Assembly (NCBI RefSeq): GCF_964204645.1
Contig: NC_134028.1
Location: 22,440,345 to 22,504,344 of the forward strand
Reading direction: 5' to 3'
From: Tubulanus polymorphus
Taxonomy: Eukaryota; Animalia; Nemertea
Length of the DNA: 64,000 bases
Shown here in pieces: positions 37,771-49,345 of this stretch. The notes beneath the pieces are model-generated. The model had not been told where the DNA came from. It searched no databases and saw only the letters and a program-made list of their open reading frames with translations. The translations under genes and the position numbers were made by a program. How positions within the stretch are numbered: position 1 is the stretch's first letter; every line of letters begins with the position of its first letter.

Positions 37771-39247
37771 CTAGCGATACAGTCATAGGTTCGAATTAAT
37801 TCCTGGCGAGGGAAGGATGGCTACGCCAATCCATATCCATATCCATAATCCATATCGTAATCCATATCATACCGGCATTCATAAGTTTATAAGAATGAAA
37901 ATAAATCATATCATATCATCTTTAAACTCAATCTACGAAACTATGTTAATTGCATAAGTCATCTGGACCGAATTTAATAGTTATAAAGTATAACCTCCGA
38001 CCTAATTATACCTGAAATTTACTAAATTAGTGTGAAATCTTACCGAGATCTATACAACCGACTGTTCCTTCCTTTATCTTCCATGTTCACATGTTTTTGC
38101 ATATACTATTGGCGTTAGATGTTATGAATTATGAATTTGATCAAATCAGAATCGCGATCGCATTGAACTTCACTTTACGTGTCTGAGCATTACAGCTCCG
38201 TATACGCTGTATTCTTTCCGCCGACTTGTTGCCAGAAGCGGCGCTAGTTTTCATCGGACGTGTAGCGTTTATCATATTTTTCACGGTTAACTCCACGACC
38301 GGCACGTTACAAACAGTTCATTTCTATACGAAACGTACTCTATGGCTTTAGACCTGAGGACCGGGATCCAATCCACGTCACAGTTACACAGTTCAAACCA
38401 TATACTAAAAAAAAAACTATCCAACCAGGGGCGCGATTGAGCTTTGCCTACCTGGAAAACTGCGCAACTATACAGATTCATATCTATATTTATTACCAGA
38501 AATCTATAAAGACTTTATAAATTTTTGTTATAGCAAAATTCATATACTTGTTGATAACGATGACGACTATTTGAAGTCGGTCCCAAAGCCAGATCTATGA
38601 GTCCTCGAGGGATACACCCTTCGCGTAAATAGCGAGGAATTTGGCACCCGAATATGGAATTTCTATATATGCGTGCTTTGAATTTTGAGTATTTGAAGAT
38701 AATCAATTTTAGAGGGCGTTTCGAGCTATTTGGCTAAGCAAACACTAGCGGAATAATGAACAACAACAACAACAACAACAGGTTTTCATGCGTGAAATTT
38801 AATTAATTTAAAGCGACGGGTGTTATAAGTGCTACACGTGTTTAGTCGCCTTTCGGACATCTGAATTATGATAAACTTTATCACACTGAGGATTTTAACT
38901 CATTTCTGCTAGAGTTGAGTTGTTTGAAATATTACGGTTTTAATTCAAGTTAAGACGGAGGGAGGGAATCTTGTACGCCTAATAGGCCTGTACATACAGC
39001 TTATAATAGAAGAAAAGGTTTAATTCGTTGACGACACGATACGAGTTCATTGTAGAAACAAAGTTAATAGCGTTATATAATGCAAACCTTTTTCCTATAT
39101 AGCCAAAATTTACCTAAAAAATGTATTTATTTCATAACAGATTTATATATCATACTGCGTATCAAGCTTTTCTTCTGATTTTATAATAAAATCCATATCG
39201 ACCGCTTCTTCAATACCAGAGAAGTGATCATAGCGAAGGCTTTACAG

Positions 39248-39270
39248 TCACACACACACACACACACACA
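39248..39270. repeat. (CA)n microsatellite
   Basis: About 11 CA dinucleotides. Confidence 0.9.
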
Positions 39271-41751
39271 GAAATTCATTTTCTTTGTCAATTTTGTACA
39301 CGTTGTTTATCATGAAAGCACAATATCAGATCGTAACAATTCGCTAATGACGTGCACTGTCAAGATATGAAACGTTTCGAGTTCGTTTAATGTTTTGAAT
39401 TTCTAGAATTCTGTGTATTCGGTAAACCGATACGCGGAATCGATTGTCGAGAAGTATTTATGTAAAATGCGGATAGGTTCAATTTGAGCTATATTGAAGT
39501 GTCGTCGTTCGGGAAACTCTGAAAGCGCGCTCGTATATGTAAAGAGATGAAATGAATACGTTTACGAAGCGCTTGATTTTCGTCGAAATCCTAGCGGAGA
39601 GGAATTCAATTCGATATCATCAGCGACGTCAGAAATCATTACCGCTCGATAAGCGACCAAGTGTTGCCCCCGATATCCAATGAACCCCGCACCGCAACTC
39701 CGCCTAAAATTGACTATATAACTCGAATCGATTTGTCGATGCGTCGACGCAATTTGAACCTCGAATTCCCACGCCTCAGTCGATTTTGATAAATGGCTTT
39801 CCGCAGAAAATAAAACCTGATATCATCGGAAGGATGAACAGTACTTTTTAATTTATTTCAATATTTAGTTCCATTCGATTCAAAGTTAATTTGCTCCTTA
39901 TAGAAAAATTAGCACAGATGATTATCCCAACACCTTGGGTTACATACATTTAAACCATGTAGCCAAAATGATGACCGTGCCATTTTTGGGGTGTCTGGGC
40001 GTTGATAAACGGCTTTTACAGGCTCCTGACCTCTGTAAATGTCCTTTAGACGATTGTAATTTTGTAACCGACGCATAGAAAAGAGTCTACATATTATTGT
40101 ACATATTCGCATAGTGACAAATAAATTTCTGGCAAGTTCATAAGTCCGCTTTTCAGGGGCAAAAACAAACTATTTTACAGCTGCTAGCCCCATTTCGTTA
40201 GGGTACTTTTGTCCTGTATTTTCATGGGTCATTTTTATCCTCTTTAAAAACTATTTATGATGCGTATTCTATCATATCTCGTCGGTCCATAGATGGAGTC
40301 TGGCAGTTTTAGCCACATTAAACCCGTTTGAATCTCGAGTTTTCAGTCATGCAAGAATCGGTTCTAAAATTTGCACCAATGCGAAATGAGAGCGATATGA
40401 AAATCGGTGGCCAGTTTTAGCCACGCGCATAAGAATTCAGGGTTATCGAGAGACATTCTGCACTGGATTAACCAACCGAAATTAGTGAATTGGAATGATT
40501 CCTTTGATAGACGTCCTATTTTATCAAAACTAAGGTCAAAAGGTTCGGATTTTTCAAACGAAATACTCGTTTGCCGTGGACTATCCTGAATAAATGAACA
40601 TTAAAGATGTGGGCTAATGACAGCGATTCAAGCGGTTTTATTAGCGTAACTAGTTCACCGCTGGTACTATACTTAGAGCTAGAAAACCAGGTGCATCGCT
40701 TCAAACGTGCGGGTTCAGGTGGAGAATATACAAAGAAAAAGAAAATAGTTCGATAAAAAGTGTGTCGGTGATACCTGAAACCGAAACTGTGCCACACCTG
40801 AGCTGGTTAAAATACATACCTGTTAGTTCGGCTTTACGTAATTGGCTTATTTCAGTTAGCGGGATGAAAACAACGAAACATTCTATCTAAAACCGTTGCG
40901 TTTAAAATCCACCAAGGCGTATTTGAATATGCTTATACACTTATACTTTTTAAGAAATATCCCGAAGCTTCGGATTCTAATGTTCGAAATCCGTCCGATA
41001 TCGCAACTTCGTCTAAAGATCGTTAATCGTCTAAAGATTCGTTACTACGTATTAAGTCGGTTCGAACGCGAATATGCGTTGTGTGATCGCGGTGATGACT
41101 AGAGCTCTCGCGCGTAACTGCAACACTGAACGCAAGCGCTCGCAACAGACCGTTACATCAGTTAGCCGCGGCGAACCTTCGTCTAGATATGACGTTAGTG
41201 CTCCTACCGATGGGCGATCATTTTCGACCTCGAAGAAGTTAATAATCGTAGTTGTGTATAGATAACAAAGCCGTTCTCGATCCTCGTCTCATGAGAAATG
41301 ATAATAAGAAAAAATGTCTGTATATGAAACGAAGAATGCTTATGGGTGAAGATATCGATATCGGTATCTTTCATAGCGTCCCGATATATCAATCATATGT
41401 AATCATGCTGATATATCACTCGTGGTTAAATAATAGACACTACATTCCAACCCCAGAACACTAAAAATGATGAAATGTGGAGCCGCTGTGTCCGAACTAG
41501 AAGTATAGGTTATTTACGCGCAAACTGGTGACGAGGTGCCCAAAGATACAGGCACTATATTGCTGTGCAAAATACGACGCACGCAACGATGACGTACAAC
41601 ACCGAATTGTTGAAATATTCATTCCCCCTCCCAAAAAATATGGGCATCATAGCATCAAATGGTGACGTAAATATGTACAACGGGCGAACCAAAGAATATA
41701 TGGCTTGATTTATTCAAAATACTGACGGAGTCAGACTCTACTGGGTCCCAG

Positions 41752-42324
41752 GGGCCGGTTGCATAGTCATGGCTTAGACTTAAGACCAGTCTAAGACCAA
41801 CTTGGTTCTATAGCCAATCTAACAACTTAAGACCAGTCTTACGATTTAAGACCACTTTTGGACTGAAGTCACGACTGTGCAACTGGCCCCGGGAGAACTA
41901 GGAAAACGTGGTACCTTTTTTTGAAAACTGGGCCCAGTTGCACAGACGTCACTTAAGTCCAAAAGTGGTCTCAACTCTTAAGACTGGCCACAGGTTGTTA
42001 GAATTGGCTTCAGAACTGAGTTGGTCTTAGACTGGTCCTAAATATAAGCCATGGATGTGCAACCGGCCCTCAGGGCCAAGTTTCACAAACAAGTTAAACT
42101 CAAATTTTTGGTGTAATTGCCATTGGTTAGTTCATGTTTTCAATGAGGACAACGATTCAAACATTTTCGTGAAACCGGGCCGGGCCCAGGGGCCAGTTGC
42201 ACAGTCGTGACTTAAGTCCATAATTGGTCTTAGATCTTAAGACTGGTCGTTGTTAGATTGGCTATAGAACGAAGTTAGTCTTAGACTGGTCTTAAGTCTA
42301 AGCCATGACTATGCAACTGGCCCC
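41752..42324. mobile_element. Cluster of four adjacent Harbinger-like MITEs (three family A plus one related ~105-bp element at 42074-42181)
   Basis: Repeated gggcc(a/g)gttgca..tgcaac(t/c)ggccc TIRs, each preceded by cag/ctg; the first copy is inverted relative to the other family-A copies. Confidence 0.85.
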
Positions 42325-42983
42325 CTGGTGTTTAAATTCGGGGTATCCAATCTAAGAAAATCGAGGTATATTATACCCTTGGGTACCGCTGGTTTTTGAC
42401 TGTTCCAGCATGATATATATTTACAATGATCACCTTACAACTGTAAGATCGTCCCATCCTCTCCCGAAAATAATAATGATTAATAATAAATCATTAATTC
42501 GTAAATAAAGAATAATAATAATAATAATAATAATAGAAATAATGACCGAACACGCGTACTATTGAACTATGACGTAGTTTTTACGTGAGGAACAGACGGC
42601 GTTTTAATTAACGGCTATTGATGACTAGAAACGATCGCGTTATTCACACGACATAGCGTGTGAGGGTAACACGAAACGGTTAACAATACACCGCGGCTCG
42701 TCCACCAGGACTGACTGATTGATTGATTCGGACGTACACATACATCCATTCGCGTTCGGGTTATCGATATCCGAGATTCGATTACCGGCGACATCGGTTG
42801 TTCATCGCTACACGCATCTTATGAGCGTAAAACGCATTAGAGGCACATTTCGTTAAAAAAACATCTGATCTGTTAATAGGCCCGTCATAGGCCATATATA
42901 CTATGATAAATGATTCGGACCATGTTAGACAAAAGATGAGACACTCAATATTCACAATGATCTCTTTTTACTTAGCACGGAAA

Positions 42984-43175
42984 CGCCATGTTAGAAACTG
43001 TTTCGAACGCCATGTGAGAATTAACTGTTTCGAACGCCATGTTAAAATCAACTTTTCGAACGCCTTGTTAAAATTAACTGTTTTGAACGCCACGTTAAAA
43101 TCATTTTTTCGAACGCCATGTTAAAATCAACTTTTCGAACGCCATGTTTATAAGTCAACTTTTCGAAAGCCATGT
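42984..43175. repeat. Minisatellite, ~7 copies of a 26-27-bp unit cgaacgccatgttaaaatcaactttt
   Basis: Direct head-to-tail repeats with no unique spacers. Confidence 0.9.
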
Positions 43176-44979
43176 CAATACATCACATACCGTTTCAACG
43201 TAGTTTTCTACATGTTGTAACGCGCTCCCCTTATGGCAATGCAAAAACCAGCCTTTAGTTTAGACCTGGCGTTTTCGAGTTAGGTAACACAAAATTGTTG
43301 GAAATCACGCGTTTTGTTTTTCTTAGAAATTTCACCCGAATCAGCAATCACTCGCTACGTATATGAACCGTTTAATCATGCAATCAGACGGTCGATTAAT
43401 CATTGCGATGGGAATATAATAGCCTGTTCTTAAAATATAATTCCAGCCAGCAATAGAAAGATGCAATTGATATCGAGAGGAGGGAATAAATTTAAAGCCT
43501 AAAGCTATTTACGCGCGGTAGTTGTAACTGCGTAAAGTCTACAGCGCGACCGTGACATCCGCAATACCCGTGATCCGCCGCCATTAATTATAGTATTTGC
43601 GCCGTATTTTAAGCCGAATGAAATTCTTCGATAGATAATAAAACACAAGCCGCAGAACAAGACAACAAAAAACGAAGAAAATATCGTCAATAACCGCACG
43701 TCGAACAGACGCGAGATATGATTTACGTGTCTGTTCTATACGGCAAAATCGATACGTTTCTCAGCGCGATTATTTTTCGTCTCGAGTTTAATAGAAATCC
43801 ACTCTTATTGCGCTCGGTCGAATCGACGCGCGATAATGGTTTAATAAATGATCAAAGTAAACTGATTGATTTAACTCGAACCGGTTTCATTAGACGGCAT
43901 TTCGCGCAGGAGCGTGTGTGCGTATAGCTATAGCCCCCGATCGACGATATCGACGCGATTTCGAGCAATGCCCGGATAGTGATTTATTGCACCTGGAATC
44001 GCTATGAACAATACTTTTTTTTCGTCAGACGGTAATGATTAATAGCATACGCTTTTTGTTTGAATTATTGATCGGACTTTTACGGTGGCTGATTCGGGTC
44101 ACAAAATATCTCTAATCGATAAAGAGGGAAAAAAGTGTCTTTGATTTGAATAAAAAGTGGTCTTTTCAGCGGTCGCTCTAAACGACTTTACAAATAAAAA
44201 AATTGTCATGACCTTCAAGTTGATTTCGACGGGTTCCTGAAAACGGATTTCTTCTTTTTAATGGCTTGGAAATATTTGGCCCGAATCAATCGGTAGACAC
44301 GAAGAAAATAGACGATACGATTGAAAGCCTTTTAAATCTGTTCAGATAAATATATAGCGGGAACATCGAGTCAAAGAACCGGTCCGACGATTTGCTATAA
44401 AAAATGTCGTTTAAGTAAGTAATCTCTTCGTAAGAAGGTAACGTGTACATTTCTATCATCCGTCTCCAAACTCGTATGTCCCCGAGAACACCGCTCATCG
44501 GAGTCACCCTAATGCGGTCGTTTATGCTACACAGTAACGACCGACGAAGCGCTATGAAATCTGATAGCGGGCCCACGTCCAAGAGAGGGGCAGATAGAAA
44601 TATGGGATTGCATTAGAGGTATTGTTTCGAGCGGGTTGTGATATTGTGGCATGATGTTTCACGCCGCACGACTGACAGGCATATGTCGTATGGCCGTATC
44701 AATTAGCTCGCTGCCTTGTATACATTCGTCTTAACGCGGTTTAGTTTTATACGTCCTCGTAGATCTACTTACGCGGAAAGTAGAACATGCGCGATTCGGG
44801 TGTGACTAGCGTCGAGCAAAAGGGCGCTTAGGTGTCAACTACGCGGTGGTCACTGGCGATCCTAGGGCCGACCTGCGCCCGGCTTAATGGCGTCGAGTTG
44901 AGGAGAGGCTGCAATCTTTTTGAGGAAGTTCGGTTACGTTTAAGCGAATAGTAAGTTTGAAACGATATAGCCTTCACCT

Positions 44980-45234
44980 CAGGGGCGGATCGAGGCGGAT
45001 TCCAGGAGGAATGCTATCTCTGAAAAAAAATGTGTCTCCTTTTAAACACTGCTATCCAAAATCATTCCGAAATAAAGAATCAGCAGTTAAACTCCTACGT
45101 CGCTGAATTTTAAATCACACTTGGTTAAATGCAGGAAATGCATCTGCAGGCTTCTATTTTTCGACCGGAATCCCCCATGCGTACTTCTATTTTTCGACCG
45201 GAATCCCCCATGCGTAATCCTGGAACCACCCCTG
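44980..45234. mobile_element. MITE with CAGGGGCGGATCC-type TIRs and 5-bp TSD (hAT5-like)
   Basis: caggggcggatc / ggaaccacccctg flanked by cacct on both sides; contains an internal ~32-bp direct duplication (45152-45216). Confidence 0.7.
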
Positions 45235-45619
45235 CACCTGATACCCGCCCGAGAGATCTCAGCCCGTCGGTAAACGCGAGTTGTGTTTAAAAAACTGCCT
45301 ATTGTGCTTAAGTAACAAAGCACAGAAAGATGTTTATTTGTACTAAATATACTTCCTAAACGTAGCAAACAACAATATTATTACTGCAAAGAGACGGGGA
45401 GGAAGTCGACTAAACTCTTAGCTCGTCGATTCGGTTGGCATCTTAACAAAAAATATTCATCTCGCTCTGATATCGTGTTGTAGACTGATGTGTGCGGAAA
45501 CTACTGAAGCGCGATTATCAAATTCCATTTAGTAGATCTTGTGTGATAATGAGGGATCTGACACAATCTGATCGGATGAATTAGGGTTTGGGGAGCATTT
45601 GGTGCTTCTTTAAATTCCC

Positions 45620-45770
45620 TACCGCAGGGCATTACTACCAGGTTCTATGTTTCTTCCCAATTTGGGAGAGAGCTCGGGGAAACTCAGTCAACACACCAGG
45701 GTTCGAACCCATAAAATCCTGGATAGACGAGACCAGCGACCGGCTGCTTAAACCACTCTCCTTCATCATT
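45620..45770 (-). mobile_element. tRNA-derived SINE, same family as 37595-37770
   Basis: gggttcgaaccc B box; shared gacgagaccag(c/t)gaccggc.gcttaaacc segment. Confidence 0.6.
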
Positions 45771-46279
45771 CGGTGTTTGTGATCAAAGTTTAATGATAAA
45801 TCTCCGTGGTTGAACATAAATAGAAAGTCATGGCAGATTAATAACAATCGGCGAGGTCATTTATCGTTATTTTACATCGTACGAAATTGAATCCGACGTA
45901 TATGGCTGCTTTGCGGCCATATTATATATTTTTTCCTGCTCCCCGTCGAAAATCGAACATCGGCTAAACTAATGACGAAAGATGAAAGTATCGCGAGTCG
46001 CCGTTACCTTTTCCGTTCGTCGATAGAATCATCGTGTCCTTTAAAGAATATTACTCGCATATTAGATATGGCCGAGTTTTATTACGACCAGAAAAAGAAA
46101 TTAGCTGAAGCTTCGATCGTAGGAATGCGATATGTCATTCCCTTTTAGAACGACCATCAAAGATATGATGATGTTGTAGGGAGTATGTTAGTGTGCTAAT
46201 CATAACGCTTGACCTTTATATCGAGAAAACCTGAATCCGTGACGTGTGTTTGTAAACCTTTACATGTATATAAGATCTG

Positions 46280-46648
46280 AGGCACGGTCGTGACTTAAAT
46301 CAAAAGAGACAGTCTTAAGTTGTTAGATTGATCAAAGAACCAAGCTTTTATAGGCTACTGGTCTATAATGGTTAGATCGGCTACTAACAGGACTAAATTA
46401 AGTGTAGACTGATCTTCAGGTGTTCGATTGGCTATAGGGCTAAAATGAGCTTTGACTTGTCGTAAGCTGTTAGATTGGCTATAATGACTAAAATAAGCTT
46501 GAGAATAGTCTTAAGTAGTTGGATTGGCCGTACAACTAAACTAAGCTGAGACTGGTTCTTGAGATGTTAGATTGGCTATTTGACTAGATAAGCTTTGACT
46601 GGTCTAAAGAACCAAGATGGTCTTTGCAATGACTGGACAACTGGCCAC
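46280..46648. repeat. Family-A MITE with internally amplified ~47-bp minisatellite
   Basis: Begins gcacggtcgtgacttaaatc and ends caactggcc; ~6 internal ttagattggcta...aagcttagactggtc-like units. Confidence 0.7.
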
Positions 46649-48091
46649 AGATGATTTTCAATTGGTGGCCATGTTTTTCCTATCGATACGGATTGTTTAG
46701 GCTGTCATCATTATTTTTTGACGGTTCGACGACTTTAAACCGCGAGATTGCGCAGCTATCAATCCTCACACGGATAAACGATCCATTCGTCGGGCGAACG
46801 ACGGGTCCCGCGAGAAATCCATAACCTCTCCCCCGGCGTTATTACTACTATAGAAAGGAGCGCGCGTTTTGCGGTCGAATTTTTCAATTTGAAATAATCA
46901 CCGCCGCGATCCGACGCACAGAAAAAGGCCGTCGATCGTTTTTTAATCAGCGTAATCACCGTATCGTCGACGGTTCCGTGATCATACGGCGACGGACTTA
47001 TTGAAATTCCGTAAATGCGATTATGCCGCGCTATATAGCTCTAATTCAGTTCGCCGATATGAATACGCCACGGCGACGACTCCCGTTTTTTCGACTTCAG
47101 CCGCGAACGCATCGCATCTGCCGATTTACGCTGTAATTCGCGCCGAAAATATTCACCAAGCGGAAATCGCACTCACGACAGTTCATCCCTCGCGGGGATA
47201 CGAAGTCACTAGCATCACGTACACGGATGAATGATTATGTAGCCAGGAGCGCACAGTGTACGTGCGTACATCGTTGTCTGACCGATAGGAGATCACCCGG
47301 AGTCGATCAGTCAGTCGTAAGTAAATACACGCGGATACCGATTAGACCCAAGCGCGCGGTCAACGGCCGTCATTCTATCGGGCCATTTCGTCGTCGATAC
47401 GTAGTGCTGATACGAAAACGGCTCGAATCAGAAGCTCGGCAACAAAGCGATATCTAACGACCCCGAGTAATTACATATCAATTCTAAAACCATTACACAT
47501 TACTATTGGCCCCTGGATTAATAGCCACGAGGGACCGGCTCATCGGCATTATATCTTAACTGAGGGTAAACTTATTTCATTGTCGATTGAGTCTTAACCG
47601 AGATAAGTTGATATAACGCAACAAAACTTTGGGCCAGAAGTCGACTTAAGCCCGTTCTATTCATGCCCGTGATGGTATTTTTCACGAGCAAATCTCATAG
47701 ATGAAAGTTTGAATTCAGTAGACCTTACAAAGGACCCCTGTTGTACACTGCAATTGCGCAGTCGTAAGACCATCTAAAGCCAATCTATAACAACCTATGA
47801 CTACAGTCCTAAGATTTGAGACTATACTTTCGGACTCAAGTAACGACTGTGATATTGGGCCCAACAGTCTCTGGAGAACAGCGAAATTATCAACTCGTCA
47901 AAAAGATCTGCCTACGCTTATAAGATACATTTACACATTTGATAGATTTATATCCAAATATATTCTACATAAATAAATGAAGATTCGTAGACTGGAGCCG
48001 TGTTAATTATTCTGGTGCAGAATGAATGAGACCGACTATTTTATTTGATGCACGAGCTTTCGCTACTAGTGCATACTGAATGGATCTTATC

Positions 48092-48132
48092 CACCTGATG
48101 AAGGTACTATGCACTAGTAGCGAAAGCTCGTG
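48092..48132 (+). ncRNA. Minimal type-I hammerhead ribozyme motif of Penelope-like element type
   Basis: cac-CTGATGA-ag-gtactatgcactagtagc-GAAA-gc-TC-gtg: stem I cac/gtg, core CUGAUGA (48095-48101), stem II (tacta/tagta), GAAA (48122-48125), palindromic AGCU in place of stem III. Confidence 0.65.
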
Positions 48133-48869
48133 CGTCAAATAAACTAGTAAAACTCTTAAGTACTGCTCGTCGCGTTGTATCTATTCTATACCCGGTTAAA
48201 ACGTGAATCACCTGATGAAGTTATTTATTTATTTAGCTCGTGCGTCTGATAAAATAGTTAACCTATAAAGTACTACGCGTCTCGCTGTAGTTATAAATAC
48301 ATGAAGGAAACGGAGCGGTTTATTATTCGAGGAGTTTCCGGGCTTAAAAACTAACGACGATTCATTAATTCCTGCTCGAATGAAATAAGACGAAGTATTC
48401 GATCATCGCTGGAAGGCGTTCGTCTTCCGCTAATTTGTCATTTTTTGACGTTAGCGAATCGTGTAAGCGTTTAATTCGGGCGCGATTTTCGACGCAAATA
48501 TAGCGCCGACCGCGAACAACGAAACAAAGGATATCCAGGCTCGAAATACGTCTCGATCGATGCTTTCCATCGCGGTGTCTATAAGCAAAGCAGGAAATAT
48601 CAAAAAATGACGGATGATGTCGATGATGATCGCGGTGGAAGTTTGTTCACCTCGGATGAAGGCGCGCCAGACGCATTTTTTCAATGTTGATAAATGATGG
48701 CTTCTCTTCTGCGGTCAGGTCGCATATATACATGCTATATTTCGAAGTTAACTTTACTCTAATTCAAAAGAAAACTAACAAATTAATAATCTTACGGTAA
48801 CCGAAAAGAACGAATTTACGTACGAAGATTGATCTCCCCTAATCACATACTGAAAATTTTTACTTAACA

Positions 48870-49345
48870 TGGGGGCTGTTATGGGTATGGCTTCTCCACC
48901 TATGTTATGGTCCGTAATCTACCAGTGTTGTGGTAATGATTTCTCTCGACGATGTTGCGAGGGACACTCTCTTAGATCAGATCTCAGTCCTTGGTCTTGA
49001 CTTCTACACGGCTCCCAGATATAACTTAACAATTTCTAAAGTTATCTTTCGTTGATTTTCTCTTACCAGATGTATACAGATCATTCCCCGGAGCTCTCCC
49101 TAAACCTCTTCTCTCCAGTCTCCCTCTAAAGTTTTCTTAAACCCTTTTATATTATTCTATCTGGCCCTATGTGCAGGCCCTCTTCCACACATGGCCTGGA
49201 ATTCATGGATTGTGACGTATTCATACGTAACAACATTCCTCCCATCCATGTATGGATGATGACGTATCTGCACGCGTCACAATTATCTATAAATATCCCT
49301 TTGCACTCATCAGAGTCCATGGCCGCACCATATTAGGTTTACCTA
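48870..49345 (-). mobile_element. Highly decayed RTE-like LINE fragment (tentative)
   Basis: Minus strand shows frameshifted YGA..WTL and later IWEP..SRPR, reminiscent of the RTE ORF2 C-terminal region; many stops. Confidence 0.25.

Noticed and set aside
42984-43175. CRISPR-like regularly spaced repeats
   Set aside because: Units are contiguous with no unique spacers, no cas genes are nearby, and the context is eukaryotic: a minisatellite.
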